Shown here: in pieces, positions 40,741 through 52,195 of the stretch
Layout of the letters: every line of letters begins with the position of its first letter
Numbering within the stretch: the first letter of the stretch is position 1
Assembly (NCBI GenBank): GCA_039934355.1
Contig: JBDTMI010000008.1
Span: forward strand, 3,012-67,011
Direction of reading: 5' to 3'
DNA: 64,000 nt
Source of the DNA: Gemmatimonadales bacterium
GTDB lineage: Bacteria > Gemmatimonadota > Gemmatimonadetes > Gemmatimonadales > GWC2-71-9
Position numbers and translations under genes: made by a program
The notes under the pieces: generated by a model
Databases searched by the model: none
Seen by the model: the letters and a program-made list of their open reading frames with translations, nothing else
Told to the model about the DNA's origin: nothing

Positions 40741-42174
40741 ATGCACCAGATCCGAGCCTGGCTCGTCCTTCCCGCCTGCGGCCTCCTCCTTACGCTCGCG
40801 TGCAGCGCCAATCACCCGCTCGCGCCCACCATCGACCCGGCGCCAACCCCGCGCGCGCTGGCGCTGCTCGACACCCTGGAGCAGCGCACCTTTAATTTTT
40901 TCTGGGAACGCACCAACCCCGCCACCGGCCTGACGCCTGATCGCTGGCCCACCCCCAGCTTCTCCAGCATCGCCGCCGTCGGCTACGCGCTCACCGCCTA
41001 CCCCATCGGCGCCGATCGCGGATACGTGAGCCGGACCGACGCCGCGACCCGCACGCTCGCCACCCTGCGGTGGTTCTGGCAGGCGCCGCAAGGACCGGGG
41101 GCCGCCGGCATGAGCGGCTACCACGGCTTCTTCTATCACTTCCTCGATCAGACCGACGGCACCCGTTTCAGGGATGTCGAGTTGTCCACCGTCGACACCT
41201 CCCTGCTGCTCGGCGGCGTCCTCTTCTGTCAGCAATTCTTCGACGCTGCCGACCCGACCGAGACCGCCATCCGCGCCTATGCCGACTCGCTCTACCGCCG
41301 AGTCGACTGGCAGTGGGCCCGGCGTGATCCACCGATGGTGAACATGGGCTGGCAGCCGGAGAGCGGCTGGCTGCCGCTCAACTGGATGGGCTACAACGAG
41401 GCGATGCTGGTCTATCTCCTCGCCCTAGGCTCCCCCACCTATCCGATCGAGGCGACCGCCTGGGACCGGTGGAGCGCCACCTACGTCTGGGGCAGCTACT
41501 ACGGGCAGGCCCATCTCGGCTTTGCCCCGCTCTTCGGGCATCACTACAGTCACGTCTGGGTCGACTTCCGCGGCATCCAGGACACCTACATGCGCGGCCA
41601 CGGAATCGACTATTTCGAGAACTCCCGCCGAGCCACACTGTCGCAGCGAGCCTATGCCACGGACAATCCGACTGGCTGGCGCGACTACAGCGACAGCATC
41701 TGGGGACTGTCTGCCGCTGACGGCCCGGCAGACGTGACCTTGCCGTACAACGGCGCCAACCAGCGCTTCTTCACCTATGCGGCCCGGGGCGCGTCCTTCA
41801 CCGAGGTGCGCGACGATGGTACGCTCGCGCCAACCGCGTCGGCCGGCTCGCTCCCCTTTGCGCCCGAGGTGGTCCTCCCCGCTCTTGTCGCCATGCGCGA
41901 GCGCTACGGCGACAATCTCTTCGGGCAGTACGGCTTCTACGATGCCTTCAATCCCAGCTTCCAGTTCGCCATGCCGGTTTCTCAGGGACGCATCGTCCCC
42001 GGTCAGGGGTGGTTCGACACCGATTACCTCGGCATCGACCAGGGACCGATCATCGCCATGATTGCGAATTACCGGAGCGACTTCGTCTGGAAGTACATGC
42101 GGAAAAGCCCCTACATCATCCAGGGACTGCGGCGCGCCGGCTTTCGCGGGGGATGGCTGGACCGGGCGCCGTGA
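40741..42174 (+). CDS. GH144-like endo-beta-1,2-glucanase ('glucoamylase family protein'), lipoprotein
   Basis: The lipobox is LLLTLAC. The motifs FNFFWERTNPATGL, SIAAVGYALTAY, GFFYHFLD, ELSTVDTSLL and GYNEAMLVYLLALGSPT recall the PF10091-type family founded by the Chitinophaga beta-1,2-glucanase. The assignment is from memory. Confidence 0.7.
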   Translation: MHQIRAWLVLPACGLLLTLACSANHPLAPTIDPAPTPRALALLDTLEQRTFNFFWERTNPATGLTPDRWPTPSFSSIAAVGYALTAYPIGADRGYVSRTDAATRTLATLRWFWQAPQGPGAAGMSGYHGFFYHFLDQTDGTRFRDVELSTVDTSLLLGGVLFCQQFFDAADPTETAIRAYADSLYRRVDWQWARRDPPMVNMGWQPESGWLPLNWMGYNEAMLVYLLALGSPTYPIEATAWDRWSATYVWGSYYGQAHLGFAPLFGHHYSHVWVDFRGIQDTYMRGHGIDYFENSRRATLSQRAYATDNPTGWRDYSDSIWGLSAADGPADVTLPYNGANQRFFTYAARGASFTEVRDDGTLAPTASAGSLPFAPEVVLPALVAMRERYGDNLFGQYGFYDAFNPSFQFAMPVSQGRIVPGQGWFDTDYLGIDQGPIIAMIANYRSDFVWKYMRKSPYIIQGLRRAGFRGGWLDRAP

Positions 42175-42245
42175 CGGAGCCGGGCGATTGGCCGGTAGTC
42201 CCACACCCCTCCTCATCTCCACGACGGTGGAGAGGGGGCCGGGGG

Positions 42246-43520
42246 GTGAGGCAGCGGTGGGCGATGCTGCTCGGCCTCCTCGCCGCGCTCTCCTGCGCGC
42301 CGGCGCCGAGCGCTGAGACCGACCTCCGCTTCTGGGCCTTCGGCCGCGAGGGCGAGGTGGTCACCAGTCTGGTGCAGGACTTCGAACGGGAGAATCCTGA
42401 CATTCACGTCCGAGTGCAGCAGATCCCCTGGAGCGCCGCGCACGAGAAACTGCTCACCGCCCATGTCGGCAACGCCAGCCCGGACCTGGCCCAGTTAGGC
42501 AATACCTGGATCCCGGAACTCGTCACCCTCGGCGCCCTCGCCGCCCTGGATTCCCTGCAGCGGGCGTCCGCCGAGATCCGGCCGGAGGAACAGTTCCCCG
42601 GCATCTGGGCGACGAACATCATCGATGGCGCGCTCTACGGCGTACCATGGTACGTCGATACCCGGGTGATCTTCTATCGCAAGGATATCCTGGCGCGTGC
42701 CGGATACGCCGCGATGCCCGAGACCTGGGACGGCTGGCGCGATGCCATGCGTGCCATCCGCCGACTCCAGGGCCCCGGCAAGTACGCCATCTTCCTGCCC
42801 GTCAACGAATGGCCGCCGCAGGCCATTCTCGGACTGCAGCAGGCATCGCCACTCATCGACGCCAGCGGCCACGGCGCCTTTGCCCAGCCGGCGTTCGGCC
42901 GAGCCTTCGAGTTCCTCCTCTCCTTATATAGGGATAGCCTGGCGCCCCCGGTCAGCAACAGCGAGATCGCGAATCTGTACCAGGAGTTCTCCCGCGGCAC
43001 GTTCAGCATGTACATCACCGGCCCGTGGAATCTCGGCGAATTTCGCCGCCGGCTGCCGGCCGAGCTGCAGCACAGCTGGGCGACGGCGCCGATGCCCGGA
43101 CCCACCGGCGCCGCCTCAGGGCTTTCGCTCGCCGGAGGATCGAGCCTGGTGATTTTCCGCTCCTCGAAGCACAAGGCCGCCGCCTGGAAGCTGATCGAGT
43201 TCCTGTCCCGCCCGGAACAACAGCTCCGATTCTACCAGCTCACCGGCGATCTCCCCGCCCGGCGCGAGGCGTGGAACGACTCGCTTCTGGCCACCGACCG
43301 CGAGGCCGCCGCCTTCCGCATCCAGCTCAACCGGACCATGCCGACCCCGATGGTGCCTGAGTGGGAGCAGGTGACGACGAAGCTGATGGACCAGACCGAA
43401 GCGGCGGTGCACGGTGCTGCGTCTCCAGCGGATGCACTCACCGCACTCGATCGCGACGTGGACCGGCTGCTCGAACGGCGCCGGTATCTGCTGGCCCGGC
43501 GACCGGCGGAGTCACCGTGA
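42246..43520 (+). CDS. ABC transporter extracellular sugar-binding lipoprotein
   Basis: The lipobox is LLAALSC, and DLRFWAF..IPWSAAHEKLLTA..PDLAQLGNTW is typical of the family 1 SBP fold. The start is uncertain: GTG 42171 (GTGA overlap), GTG 42246 (preferred, GGAGAGGGGG upstream) or ATG 42264. Confidence 0.8.
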   Translation: MRQRWAMLLGLLAALSCAPAPSAETDLRFWAFGREGEVVTSLVQDFERENPDIHVRVQQIPWSAAHEKLLTAHVGNASPDLAQLGNTWIPELVTLGALAALDSLQRASAEIRPEEQFPGIWATNIIDGALYGVPWYVDTRVIFYRKDILARAGYAAMPETWDGWRDAMRAIRRLQGPGKYAIFLPVNEWPPQAILGLQQASPLIDASGHGAFAQPAFGRAFEFLLSLYRDSLAPPVSNSEIANLYQEFSRGTFSMYITGPWNLGEFRRRLPAELQHSWATAPMPGPTGAASGLSLAGGSSLVIFRSSKHKAAAWKLIEFLSRPEQQLRFYQLTGDLPARREAWNDSLLATDREAAAFRIQLNRTMPTPMVPEWEQVTTKLMDQTEAAVHGAASPADALTALDRDVDRLLERRRYLLARRPAESP

Positions 43521-44401
43521 GCCGAAGCGACCGGGAGACCGTGGCGGGCTGGGCCTTCGTGACGCCGGCGCTCGCGCTCATCACGGTGTTCTTCGCCATT
43601 CCGGTCTGCGGCGCATTCGTCCTGTCGTTTACCGACTTCGATCTCTATTCCATTGCCGATCCGGGCAGCACCCGGTTCATCGGGCTCAAGAACTATTACG
43701 ACCTCTTCAACAGCCCGCTGTTCTGGACCGCGCTCCGCAATACCACCTTCTTCGTGATCGTGGGTGGTCCGCTCTCGGTGCTGGCCTCACTCGGCGCCGC
43801 GCTCCTGGTCAACGGGAAACTGGTGCGCTTCAAGCCGTTTTTCCGGAGCGCGTTCTTCGCCCCCTGGGTCACCACGCTGGTCGCGGTCGCGCTGGTGTGG
43901 CGCTACATCTACCACCCGCAGTACGGCCCGCTCAACGCCGCGCTGGTCGCCATCGGGATCCCGCCGGTCGACTGGCTCGGTGATCCGCACTGGGCCATGC
44001 CGGCGATCATCCTCCTCTCGGTGTGGAAGAATTTCGGCTACAACATGCTGGTCTTTCTGGCCGGCCTGCAGAGCATCCCCGAGGAGTTGTACGAGGCGGC
44101 GGCTCTCGACGGCGCCGGCAACTGGAGTCGCTTCCGTCACATCACGCTCCCCATGCTGGGCCCGACCTTCATCTTTGTCGGCGTCGTCACGATGATCGCC
44201 AGCTTCCAGATCTTCAGCGAACCGTACGTGATGACCCAGGGCGGGCCACTCAAGAGCACGCTGACGCTGGTGCTGTTCATGTACGAGGAGGGCTTTCGCT
44301 GGTGGCGGCTGGGGTACGCCGCGGCGATCGCCGTCGTCCTCTGCCTGTTGACCCTCGCCGGGACTCTGGTGCAGCTCCGGCTGCGGCGGGAACAGCCCTG
44401 A
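43517..44401 (+). CDS. Carbohydrate ABC transporter permease (MalF/UgpA-like)
   Basis: It is a multi-TM protein with the EAA-type loop EELYEAAALDGAGNWSRFRHITLP. The GTG start overlaps the upstream TGA. Confidence 0.9.
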   Translation: MSRSDRETVAGWAFVTPALALITVFFAIPVCGAFVLSFTDFDLYSIADPGSTRFIGLKNYYDLFNSPLFWTALRNTTFFVIVGGPLSVLASLGAALLVNGKLVRFKPFFRSAFFAPWVTTLVAVALVWRYIYHPQYGPLNAALVAIGIPPVDWLGDPHWAMPAIILLSVWKNFGYNMLVFLAGLQSIPEELYEAAALDGAGNWSRFRHITLPMLGPTFIFVGVVTMIASFQIFSEPYVMTQGGPLKSTLTLVLFMYEEGFRWWRLGYAAAIAVVLCLLTLAGTLVQLRLRREQP

Positions 44402-45222
44402 TGCCGCGCCCGCTCCGCTCGTTCCTGCTGCACGTCACCCTGCTCGGCGCCGCGATCCTCGCGGCGAGTCCGCTGCTCTGGATGATCTCCGCCAGTTTCA
44501 TGGCGCCCGGCGAGGCGAACACCTCGCCCCCACCGCTCCTGCCCAGCCACCCGACGCTGGAACATTACCGGGTGCTGTTCGCCAGCCTGAACCTCGGCCG
44601 GTACTTTCTCAACAGTCTCATCATTTCAGTGGGCGGCACCGTCCTCGGTGTGATCATCGTGGCGATGGCGGGTTATTCCTTTGCCAAACTCCGCTTCACC
44701 GGTCGCGCCGCCGTCTTCAAGACGCTGCTCGGCGGCATGGTGGTGCCGGGCCAGGTCGCCATGCTGCCGATGTTTCTGCTGCTGCGCGAGATGGGGCTGA
44801 TCAATACCCTCTTCGGCGCGATGATCCCGGTGCTGGCGCCGATCTACGGCATCTTCCTGGTGCGGCAGTACGCTCTCTCGATTCCCGATGATTTGCTGGA
44901 CGCGGCCCGCCTCGACGGCGCCGGTGAGTGGATGATTTTCCGCCGAGTGGTGCTGCCCGGTATCACGCCGGTGCTGGCGACGCTGGGGGTGTTCACGTTC
45001 CTGAGTGCGTGGAATGACTTCATGTGGCCCCTCATCGTCCTGAGCGACGACCGCCACTACACCCTGCCGGTGGCGCTCGCCAATCTGGCGGGAGAGCACG
45101 TGCTCGATGTCGAGCTGATGATGGGCGGTGCGGTGGTGACGGTGCTGCCGGTGTTCGTCGCCTTCCTCTTCCTGCAGCGGTATTACATCCAGGGCATCAT
45201 GGCGGGAAGTGTAAAGGGATGA
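44401..45222 (+). CDS. Carbohydrate ABC transporter permease (MalG/UgpE-like)
   Basis: The EAA loop is DDLLDAARLDGAGEWMIFRRVVLP. The ATG shares its A with the upstream TGA. Confidence 0.9.
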   Translation: MPRPLRSFLLHVTLLGAAILAASPLLWMISASFMAPGEANTSPPPLLPSHPTLEHYRVLFASLNLGRYFLNSLIISVGGTVLGVIIVAMAGYSFAKLRFTGRAAVFKTLLGGMVVPGQVAMLPMFLLLREMGLINTLFGAMIPVLAPIYGIFLVRQYALSIPDDLLDAARLDGAGEWMIFRRVVLPGITPVLATLGVFTFLSAWNDFMWPLIVLSDDRHYTLPVALANLAGEHVLDVELMMGGAVVTVLPVFVAFLFLQRYYIQGIMAGSVKG

Positions 45223-48200
45223 TCGCCGGCCTCGTGGCGCTCACCCTCACCGCCGTGGCACCGCCCGACTCCTTGCGGCCCACGCTGCTGGACGACTTCG
45301 AGCGGATCACGCCGTGGAGTGCGCATCCGGCGGATGGCGTGACGCTCGCGCTCCGCTCCGGCGCCGGGCGATCCGGTCGGGCGCTGCGGATGGACTTTGG
45401 CTTTACCGGTGGTGGCTATGCCATTGCGCGACGGGCACTGCCGCTCCTGTTGCCCGACAACTATGCGCTGTCCTTCTGGATCCGGGGCATTGCTCCGCCG
45501 AATACGCTGGAGTTCAAGCTGGTCGATCGGAGCGGCGACAACGTCTGGTGGTACACTGAACGCGACCGGCGCTTCGATGGACGGTGGCAGAAGATCACCA
45601 TCCGCAAGCGACAGCTCAGCTTTGCGTGGGGACCGCTGGGGGGTGGCGAACTCAGGGAAGCGGCGGCGGTGGAGATTGTGATCACGGCCGGAGCGGGAGG
45701 CGGACGTGGCAGCGTCTGGCTCGACGATCTGAGACTGACGCCGCTTCCCGAACTCGGTCCCTACACGGCGACACCAGCGGCAGGTGCGAGCGGCGCCATG
45801 AAAGGCCATCCGGCCGCCGCGGCGCTGGACGGCGACACGACGACCAGTTGGCGGGCTCCCGCCGGCGCCACCGCCTGCTACACCGTGGATTTCCGCCGAC
45901 CGCGCGAGTTCGGTGGCCTCTCGCTCCTGTGGGAAGCCGAACACGGAGCGCCTGACTACGACGTGCAGCTCTCTGATGATCGCCTGACGTGGCGCACGGT
46001 CCGCTCGGTACGTGCCAGCGATGGCGGTCGCGACGACCTCGACCTCCCGGAGAGCGAGTCACGTTACCTGCGCCTCGTCGTACGGCGGACCCTCGCCACC
46101 GGCACGGGGTTGCGGGAACTCGTGGTCCAGCCGCTGGCCTTTGGCGCCTCACGCAACGCCTATTTCGAGGCGGTCGCCACCAACGCACCTCCCGGCGCCT
46201 ATCCACGCTACTACAGCGGCCGGCGTTCCTGGTGGACCGTGGTGGGGGTCGATGGCGCGAGGGAAGAGGCGTTGATCAACGACGATGGGGCGGTCGAAGC
46301 CGGGAAAGGCCTCTTCTCCGTCGAGCCCTTCCTGCTCGATGCCGGCCGTCTCATCAGCTGGCACGACGTGCAGGCATCTCCATCCCTCGATGAGGGCGAC
46401 CTGCCGATCCCCAGCGTCACCTGGGCGGCCGGCAAACTCGCGTTGCAGATCACCGCCGTTGGCACTGGACCGGTCGCCAGCTCTTCGGTGATGGTGCGCT
46501 ACCGGGTGGTGAACCACGACACGGTCCTCCGCGCGCCGACGCTCGCCCTCGCGGTGCGTCCCTTCCAGGTGAATCCACCGTCACAGTTCCTGAACACCAC
46601 CGGGGGATATAGTCGGATCGATTCACTCCGGTGGATCGGCGGCGCCCTGCGCGTCAACGCCGATCGTACCGTCCAGCCGCTGACGTCGCCCGCAGGCGTC
46701 ACCGCCAGCACACTCGATGGTGGCGACGTGGTGCAGCATCGGCGACAGGGCACGCTGCTGCGCGCCGAGTCCGCCCACGATCCAGAGGGTGCCGCGTCGG
46801 CCCTGCTCCGCTACCCGCTCTCCCTGGCACCGGGAGACTCCGCCGATGTGGCCATCGAGATTCCGCTCGTGGCAAACGGCATCCCCGCCGTCCCGATTCA
46901 CCGGCCAGCGGCGGTGGATAGCGTCTTTGCCGCGGCACGCAGCGCCTGGCGCGAGGCCGTCACCCACACGACTATCGGGCTGCCCCCCTCCGGCGCGGAT
47001 CTCGAACGGACCATCCGCACCACCCAGGCGTGGATCCTGATCAATCGCGACGGCCCCTCCATTCAGCCCGGCTCCCGCTCCTACGAGCGCTCCTGGATCC
47101 GCGATGGCGCGCTCACCTCCGCCGCCCTGCTTCGCTTCGGGCATCCCGAGCCGGTGCGCGCCTTCCTCGACTGGTTCACCACCTTCCAGTATCCCGACGG
47201 CAAGGTGCCCTGCTGCGTCGATGCGCGCGGCGCCGATCCGGTGCCGGAACACGACAGCAACGGCGAGTACATCTACCTCGTCATGGAGTACTGGCGTCAC
47301 ACCGGAGACCGGCCGACGCTTGAACGGATGTGGCCCCATGTCGTTCGCGCCACCAACTACCTCGACAGTCTGCGGCAGACGCGCCGCACCACGCCCTGGA
47401 CGATCGGCGACAATCGCGTTTTCTACGGACTCCTGCCGGCCTCCATCAGTCATGAGGGCTATTCGGCCAAGCCGATGCATTCGTACTGGGATGATTTCTT
47501 CGCGCTCCGGGGCTTCAAGGATGCCGCGGCCATGGCGGAGTTGATGGGCGACACCGACGCCAGCATCCGCTTTGGCCGGATGCGCGATGAGTTCCGCGTT
47601 GACCTGCTCGCGTCACTCGCGCTGGTGCGGCAGCAGCATGCCATCGACTTTCTTCCCGGTGCGGCGGACCTCGGAGACTTCGACGCCACCTCGACCACGA
47701 TCGCCCTCTCGCCGGGGGGAGAAGAGGCGGCGCTGCCGCCGGATGCGCTGCACGCGACATTCGAGCGCTACTGGCGCGAGGCCAGTGCCCGCGCCGACAG
47801 CGGCAGCACTTGGGAGGCTTACACCCCCTATGAACTCCGTACCGTCGGCGCGATGCTCCGGCTGGGCTGGGCCGACCGCGCCCGCGCCATGCTGTATCAA
47901 TTCCTGAACGACCGAGAACCCCAAGCGTGGAATCAGTGGCCGGAAGTCGTCTGGCACGACTCCCGAGTTCTCAAGTTCATCGGCGACTCGCCCCATACCT
48001 GGGTGGGATCGGATTTCCTGCGCTCCGCCGCCGATCTCTTCGGGTATGAGCGTGAGGCGGACAGCGCCCTCGTCGTCGGCGCGGGCATCGATCCAGCCTG
48101 GCTGGAGGGCGAAGGTGTCCGGGTCCATAACCTCCGCACCTGGTGGGGACCGTTGAGCTACGTCGCGCGCCGGGAAGGTGACGCGATCGTCGTCCAGCTC

Positions 48201-48368
48201 GAGCCCGGTCTGCGGTTACCGCCGGGAGGGATCGTTCTTGCGCTCGTGGTCACCGGAGTTCATAAGGCCGTGCTCAACGGGTCGCCCGTGCCGTTCTCGA
48301 CCGGTGGTGGGGTCCTCATCCGTCAGCTCCCGGCGCAGATCCGGCTTACTTCGTCCATCGTTCCGTGA
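45219..48368 (+). CDS. Large multidomain protein: N-terminal carbohydrate-binding-like module, F5/8 type C (CBM32-like) module and a C-terminal (alpha/alpha)6 GH15-like domain; activity unassigned
   Basis: The discoidin-like segment is AALDGDTTTSWRAP..YTVDF..FGGLSLLWE..DYDVQLSDD..WRTV. The C-terminal region has SYERSWIRDGALTSAALL and a YWDDFFALRG glucoamylase-like helical repeat. The ATGA overlap with the permease sets the start. Confidence 0.6.
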   Translation: MIAGLVALTLTAVAPPDSLRPTLLDDFERITPWSAHPADGVTLALRSGAGRSGRALRMDFGFTGGGYAIARRALPLLLPDNYALSFWIRGIAPPNTLEFKLVDRSGDNVWWYTERDRRFDGRWQKITIRKRQLSFAWGPLGGGELREAAAVEIVITAGAGGGRGSVWLDDLRLTPLPELGPYTATPAAGASGAMKGHPAAAALDGDTTTSWRAPAGATACYTVDFRRPREFGGLSLLWEAEHGAPDYDVQLSDDRLTWRTVRSVRASDGGRDDLDLPESESRYLRLVVRRTLATGTGLRELVVQPLAFGASRNAYFEAVATNAPPGAYPRYYSGRRSWWTVVGVDGAREEALINDDGAVEAGKGLFSVEPFLLDAGRLISWHDVQASPSLDEGDLPIPSVTWAAGKLALQITAVGTGPVASSSVMVRYRVVNHDTVLRAPTLALAVRPFQVNPPSQFLNTTGGYSRIDSLRWIGGALRVNADRTVQPLTSPAGVTASTLDGGDVVQHRRQGTLLRAESAHDPEGAASALLRYPLSLAPGDSADVAIEIPLVANGIPAVPIHRPAAVDSVFAAARSAWREAVTHTTIGLPPSGADLERTIRTTQAWILINRDGPSIQPGSRSYERSWIRDGALTSAALLRFGHPEPVRAFLDWFTTFQYPDGKVPCCVDARGADPVPEHDSNGEYIYLVMEYWRHTGDRPTLERMWPHVVRATNYLDSLRQTRRTTPWTIGDNRVFYGLLPASISHEGYSAKPMHSYWDDFFALRGFKDAAAMAELMGDTDASIRFGRMRDEFRVDLLASLALVRQQHAIDFLPGAADLGDFDATSTTIALSPGGEEAALPPDALHATFERYWREASARADSGSTWEAYTPYELRTVGAMLRLGWADRARAMLYQFLNDREPQAWNQWPEVVWHDSRVLKFIGDSPHTWVGSDFLRSAADLFGYEREADSALVVGAGIDPAWLEGEGVRVHNLRTWWGPLSYVARREGDAIVVQLEPGLRLPPGGIVLALVVTGVHKAVLNGSPVPFSTGGGVLIRQLPAQIRLTSSIVP

Positions 48369-51300
48369 CCACCGCGTCACGTTTGCAGGAGAATCAACCG
48401 TTGCCCGTAGCTTCTGGCGTAGAGGGACTCGCGACTGCCGCCCCGCTGCTGCACCTGCTCTCCAATGGCCGCTACCGCGCGGGCATCACGACCGCCGGCG
48501 CCGGCTTTTCCTGTTGCGAGCGGTATGCGATGAGCCGGTGGACGCCGGACCGTGTGCGGGACGCCGACGGGTTCTTCTTCTACCTGCGTGACCTCGACAG
48601 CGGCGCCTGGTGGTCGGCCGGTCTTCAGCCGGTACCGCCGAACTCCGAAAGCTACGCGGTGGAATTCGGGTCCGGTGTCGCGCGGATCAGCCGGACCGAC
48701 CACGGTATCGACCTCCGGCTCGAGTGCGCCGTCGACGTGGACGCTGACGTTGAAGTGCGTCGCCTTCTCCTGACCAACCGCTCAACCACGACCCGCCACA
48801 TCGAGATCACCACGTTCGCCGAGGTGGCACTCAACACCCCCGCCGCGGATGCCGGCCATCCGGCGTTCTCCAAACTGTTCGTGAGCACGGAAGCCGTGTC
48901 TGGTGGTGCCGCGCTCCTCGCCCGTCGGCGCCAGCGGAGTCCCGAGGAAGAGCCGCTCTGGCTCATGCATGCACTCCTGGCCACCAGGTCGGATGGCCCG
49001 GTGGGGCCCGCATCGTGGGAGACCGACCGCCTCCGCTTCCTGGGCCGAGGTAGAACGGCTGCGAGTCCGGCGGCGCTGATGCCGGGTGCCCTTCTGAGCG
49101 GCACCGTCGGCAATGTGCTCGATCCCGTCGTCAGCCTCAGGCGGGTGCTCACGCTGCCACCTGGCGCCTCGGGTGAAGTCGTCGCCCGGCTGGGCTTTGC
49201 CCACGATCGTGAGGCGGCGCTCGGTCTGATCCCCCTTGAACCCGATCTGGACGGGATCTTCGTTCGCGCCGCCGAGCGGGATCGAGAGTTGCGACGGCGC
49301 CACGGCATCACCGGTGAGATCGAGAAGTTGTTGCCCCTGCTGAGCGGCGCCCTCTGCTACGGGCATCCGGATTTCTACTCGGCATCCAGCGCCGAGGCCG
49401 TCACCGACGAGGAATGCGCCGCGCTCGGGCTCGATCGCAAGCTACCGGTGGTCGCGGTGCATGTGGGGTCGGAAGATGACGCTCCGACGCTCGACCTGAT
49501 GACCCGTGTCGCCGCCTGGTGGCAGAGTCAGGGGATGCCGGTGGATCTTCGCGTCCTGACCGGGGAGAGCGGCAGAAGGGAAGCCCACATCATCGAGTCG
49601 GTGACGCGAATGGTCGTCCACCATCCCGTCGCCCCGACTCGGTCCAGTCCGTGCGCGAAACCAACTCCTGCCCGCTCCGCGCCCAGCGCCACTCCGCCCG
49701 CACCTCGCTCCCCCGAGGACGCCGGCAACGGCTACGGCGGCTTCAGCCCCGATGGGTCCGAATACATCATCACCATCCCCGCCGACGGTCGTCGGCCGCC
49801 GCTCCCCTGGTCCAATGTGATCGCGAACGAGGAGATTGGTTTCATCGCGACCGAGAGCGGAGCCGGCAATACCTGGTCGGTGAACAGTCGCGAGCATCGG
49901 CTGACCCCCTGGTTCAATGACCCGGTCTCCGATCCGCATGGCGAGGCGTTCTACCTGCGCGATGAAGCCACGGGAGTGTTCTGGTCTCCGACGCCCGGCC
50001 CGGTGCCCAGTGACGGGGCCCATGAAGTGCGACATGGTTTCGGCTATACCTCATTTCACCGTCGCACGCCGGGCCTCATTCAGGAGCTGGTGCAGTTCGT
50101 GCCGCGCCACGGCTGCGTGAAGCTGAGCCGCTTGTCGATCACCAACAGCGGAGGAGCAACACGGCGCCTGACCCTGTTTGCGGCGGTCCAGTGGGTGCTG
50201 GGAGTATTGCCCAGTGACACTGCCGCTTCGATCGTAACCAGCCGGGACTCGGCCACTGGCGCCATCTTCGCCCAGAACTCGCGGGCGGGCGAGTTCTCAG
50301 AGCGGGTCGCATTCGCCACGCTCATCGGGCCCCACGGTCCTGCCATCGACATCACTGCCGATCGTGCGACGTTCCTCGGCCGGCACGGCAGCCTCGCCTG
50401 CCCCGCCGCCCTCCGCACCGACGCCCCTCTCGACGGACGCACCGGCCGAGGTCTCGATCCGGGTGCGCACTTTCGTCTGCCGTTCACCGTCGAGCCGGGG
50501 CAGACCGTCACCTGCCTTTTCCTCCTGGGCGACGCTGCCAGCGAGCCGGACGCGCGTGACCTCATTGGCCGGTTCGGCGGTGTCGCCGCCGCCGACGCCG
50601 CGCTGGCGACGGTGCGTCGTTTCTGGCGCGATACCGTGAGCGCGGTGCAGGTCCACACACCATCCCCGGCCATCGACTTGATGCTGAACGGCTGGCTCGC
50701 CTACCAGAACCTCTCCTGTCGCATCTGGGGCCGGTCCGCCTTCTATCAGTCGGGAGGTGCATTCGGTTTCCGCGATCAGCTCCAGGATGCGGCCGCCCTG
50801 CTCTGGCACGATCCACAGTTGGCCCGGACGCAGATCCTGCTGCACGCGGCCCATCAATTCGTGGAGGGCGACGTCCTGCACTGGTGGCATCCGCCGCTCA
50901 GCAAGGGCATTCGGACTCGCTTCTCCGATGACCTGCTCTGGCTGCCGCTGCTGACCAGTTCGTATGTCGCCCAGACCGGCGACACAAGTGTCGTGAAGGA
51001 GCAGGCACGATTCCTCACCGCGCCCGTGCTCAAGCCGGGCGAGGACGAGATCTTCCTGTTGCCAGAGGACTCCGGTACGTCGGCCGACCTCTACGAACAT
51101 TGTTGCCGGGCGATGGACCGGTCACTCACCCGCGGCGCACATGGCCTGCCCCTGATCGGCACTGGCGACTGGAATGACGGGATGAACCGGGTCGGCCGGG
51201 AGGGACGGGGCGAGAGTACCTGGCTCGGCTTTTTCCTCGCGCGCGTGCTCGAAGGATTCATCCCGCTGGCGGAAAGTCGGGGCGACACCGCTCGCCTGGT

Positions 51301-52195
51301 GCGGTATCGCGATTATCTCCGCCAGCTCCACGTGGCCCTGAATGACGGCGGCTGGGACGGCGGCTGGTATCGCCGCGGCTACTACGACAACGGCACCCCC
51401 CTCGGCTCGGCGAAGAGCGACGAGTGCCGGATCGACGCCATCGCGCAGGCCTGGGCGGTGCTCTCCGGGGTGGCGCCAGCGGAGCGTGCGACCCAGGCGC
51501 TGGACGCGCTGGAGCAGCACCTGGTCTCGGAGTCCGATGGGATCATCCGGCTGCTGACCCCGCCCTTCGACCAGACGCCTGAGGATCCGGGCTACATCAA
51601 GGGCTACCTCCCCGGCGTGCGGGAAAACGGCGGGCAATACACTCATGGCGCGCTCTGGGCCGTGCAGGCGCTGGCCGAAGCGGGTCGGGGCGACCGCGCC
51701 GCCGCATTGCTCACCATGCTCTCGCCCGTCACCCACGGCGCGACACCCGCCGCCGCGGATCGATACCAGGTGGAACCGTATGTCATCGCGGCGGATGTCT
51801 ACGGCGTGGCACCGCATGTCGGACGGGGCGGCTGGACCTGGTACACCGGCTCGGCGGGGTGGATGTTCCGCGTCGCGGTGGAATCGGTGCTGGGGATCGC
51901 CCTTGAGGGAGGGAACTTCATCGTGGTACGACCAGCCTTGCCACTCGCGTGGCCCGGCTACTCCTTTACCTCCCGGCTGCCCGATGGCAGGACGACGCTC
52001 ACGCTGACGGTGGAACGCGCGGCGGCCACAGACCAGTCAGCGACCAATGGTACGCTGGACGGCCAGGCGCTCGCCGTTGTCGATGGCGCGGTCCGCATCC
52101 CACTTCCCGATGACGGCGCAACCCACACCGCGGCAATTCGTTTTGGCGCAGGCGCACGTGTTACCTATCACCAGCGACCAGCCGCTGAATGCTGA
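48365..52195 (+). CDS. GH94-family glycoside phosphorylase, 1,2-beta-oligoglucan phosphorylase / cyclic-glucan-synthase C-terminal-like
   Basis: [33 protein letters not shown] is repeated at [11 protein letters not shown]...EAFYLRDE. The catalytic-domain motifs [30 protein letters not shown] and [11 protein letters not shown] are present. The GTG start overlaps the upstream TGA. Confidence 0.8.
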   Translation: MTTASRLQENQPLPVASGVEGLATAAPLLHLLSNGRYRAGITTAGAGFSCCERYAMSRWTPDRVRDADGFFFYLRDLDSGAWWSAGLQPVPPNSESYAVEFGSGVARISRTDHGIDLRLECAVDVDADVEVRRLLLTNRSTTTRHIEITTFAEVALNTPAADAGHPAFSKLFVSTEAVSGGAALLARRRQRSPEEEPLWLMHALLATRSDGPVGPASWETDRLRFLGRGRTAASPAALMPGALLSGTVGNVLDPVVSLRRVLTLPPGASGEVVARLGFAHDREAALGLIPLEPDLDGIFVRAAERDRELRRRHGITGEIEKLLPLLSGALCYGHPDFYSASSAEAVTDEECAALGLDRKLPVVAVHVGSEDDAPTLDLMTRVAAWWQSQGMPVDLRVLTGESGRREAHIIESVTRMVVHHPVAPTRSSPCAKPTPARSAPSATPPAPRSPEDAGNGYGGFSPDGSEYIITIPADGRRPPLPWSNVIANEEIGFIATESGAGNTWSVNSREHRLTPWFNDPVSDPHGEAFYLRDEATGVFWSPTPGPVPSDGAHEVRHGFGYTSFHRRTPGLIQELVQFVPRHGCVKLSRLSITNSGGATRRLTLFAAVQWVLGVLPSDTAASIVTSRDSATGAIFAQNSRAGEFSERVAFATLIGPHGPAIDITADRATFLGRHGSLACPAALRTDAPLDGRTGRGLDPGAHFRLPFTVEPGQTVTCLFLLGDAASEPDARDLIGRFGGVAAADAALATVRRFWRDTVSAVQVHTPSPAIDLMLNGWLAYQNLSCRIWGRSAFYQSGGAFGFRDQLQDAAALLWHDPQLARTQILLHAAHQFVEGDVLHWWHPPLSKGIRTRFSDDLLWLPLLTSSYVAQTGDTSVVKEQARFLTAPVLKPGEDEIFLLPEDSGTSADLYEHCCRAMDRSLTRGAHGLPLIGTGDWNDGMNRVGREGRGESTWLGFFLARVLEGFIPLAESRGDTARLVRYRDYLRQLHVALNDGGWDGGWYRRGYYDNGTPLGSAKSDECRIDAIAQAWAVLSGVAPAERATQALDALEQHLVSESDGIIRLLTPPFDQTPEDPGYIKGYLPGVRENGGQYTHGALWAVQALAEAGRGDRAAALLTMLSPVTHGATPAAADRYQVEPYVIAADVYGVAPHVGRGGWTWYTGSAGWMFRVAVESVLGIALEGGNFIVVRPALPLAWPGYSFTSRLPDGRTTLTLTVERAAATDQSATNGTLDGQALAVVDGAVRIPLPDDGATHTAAIRFGAGARVTYHQRPAAEC

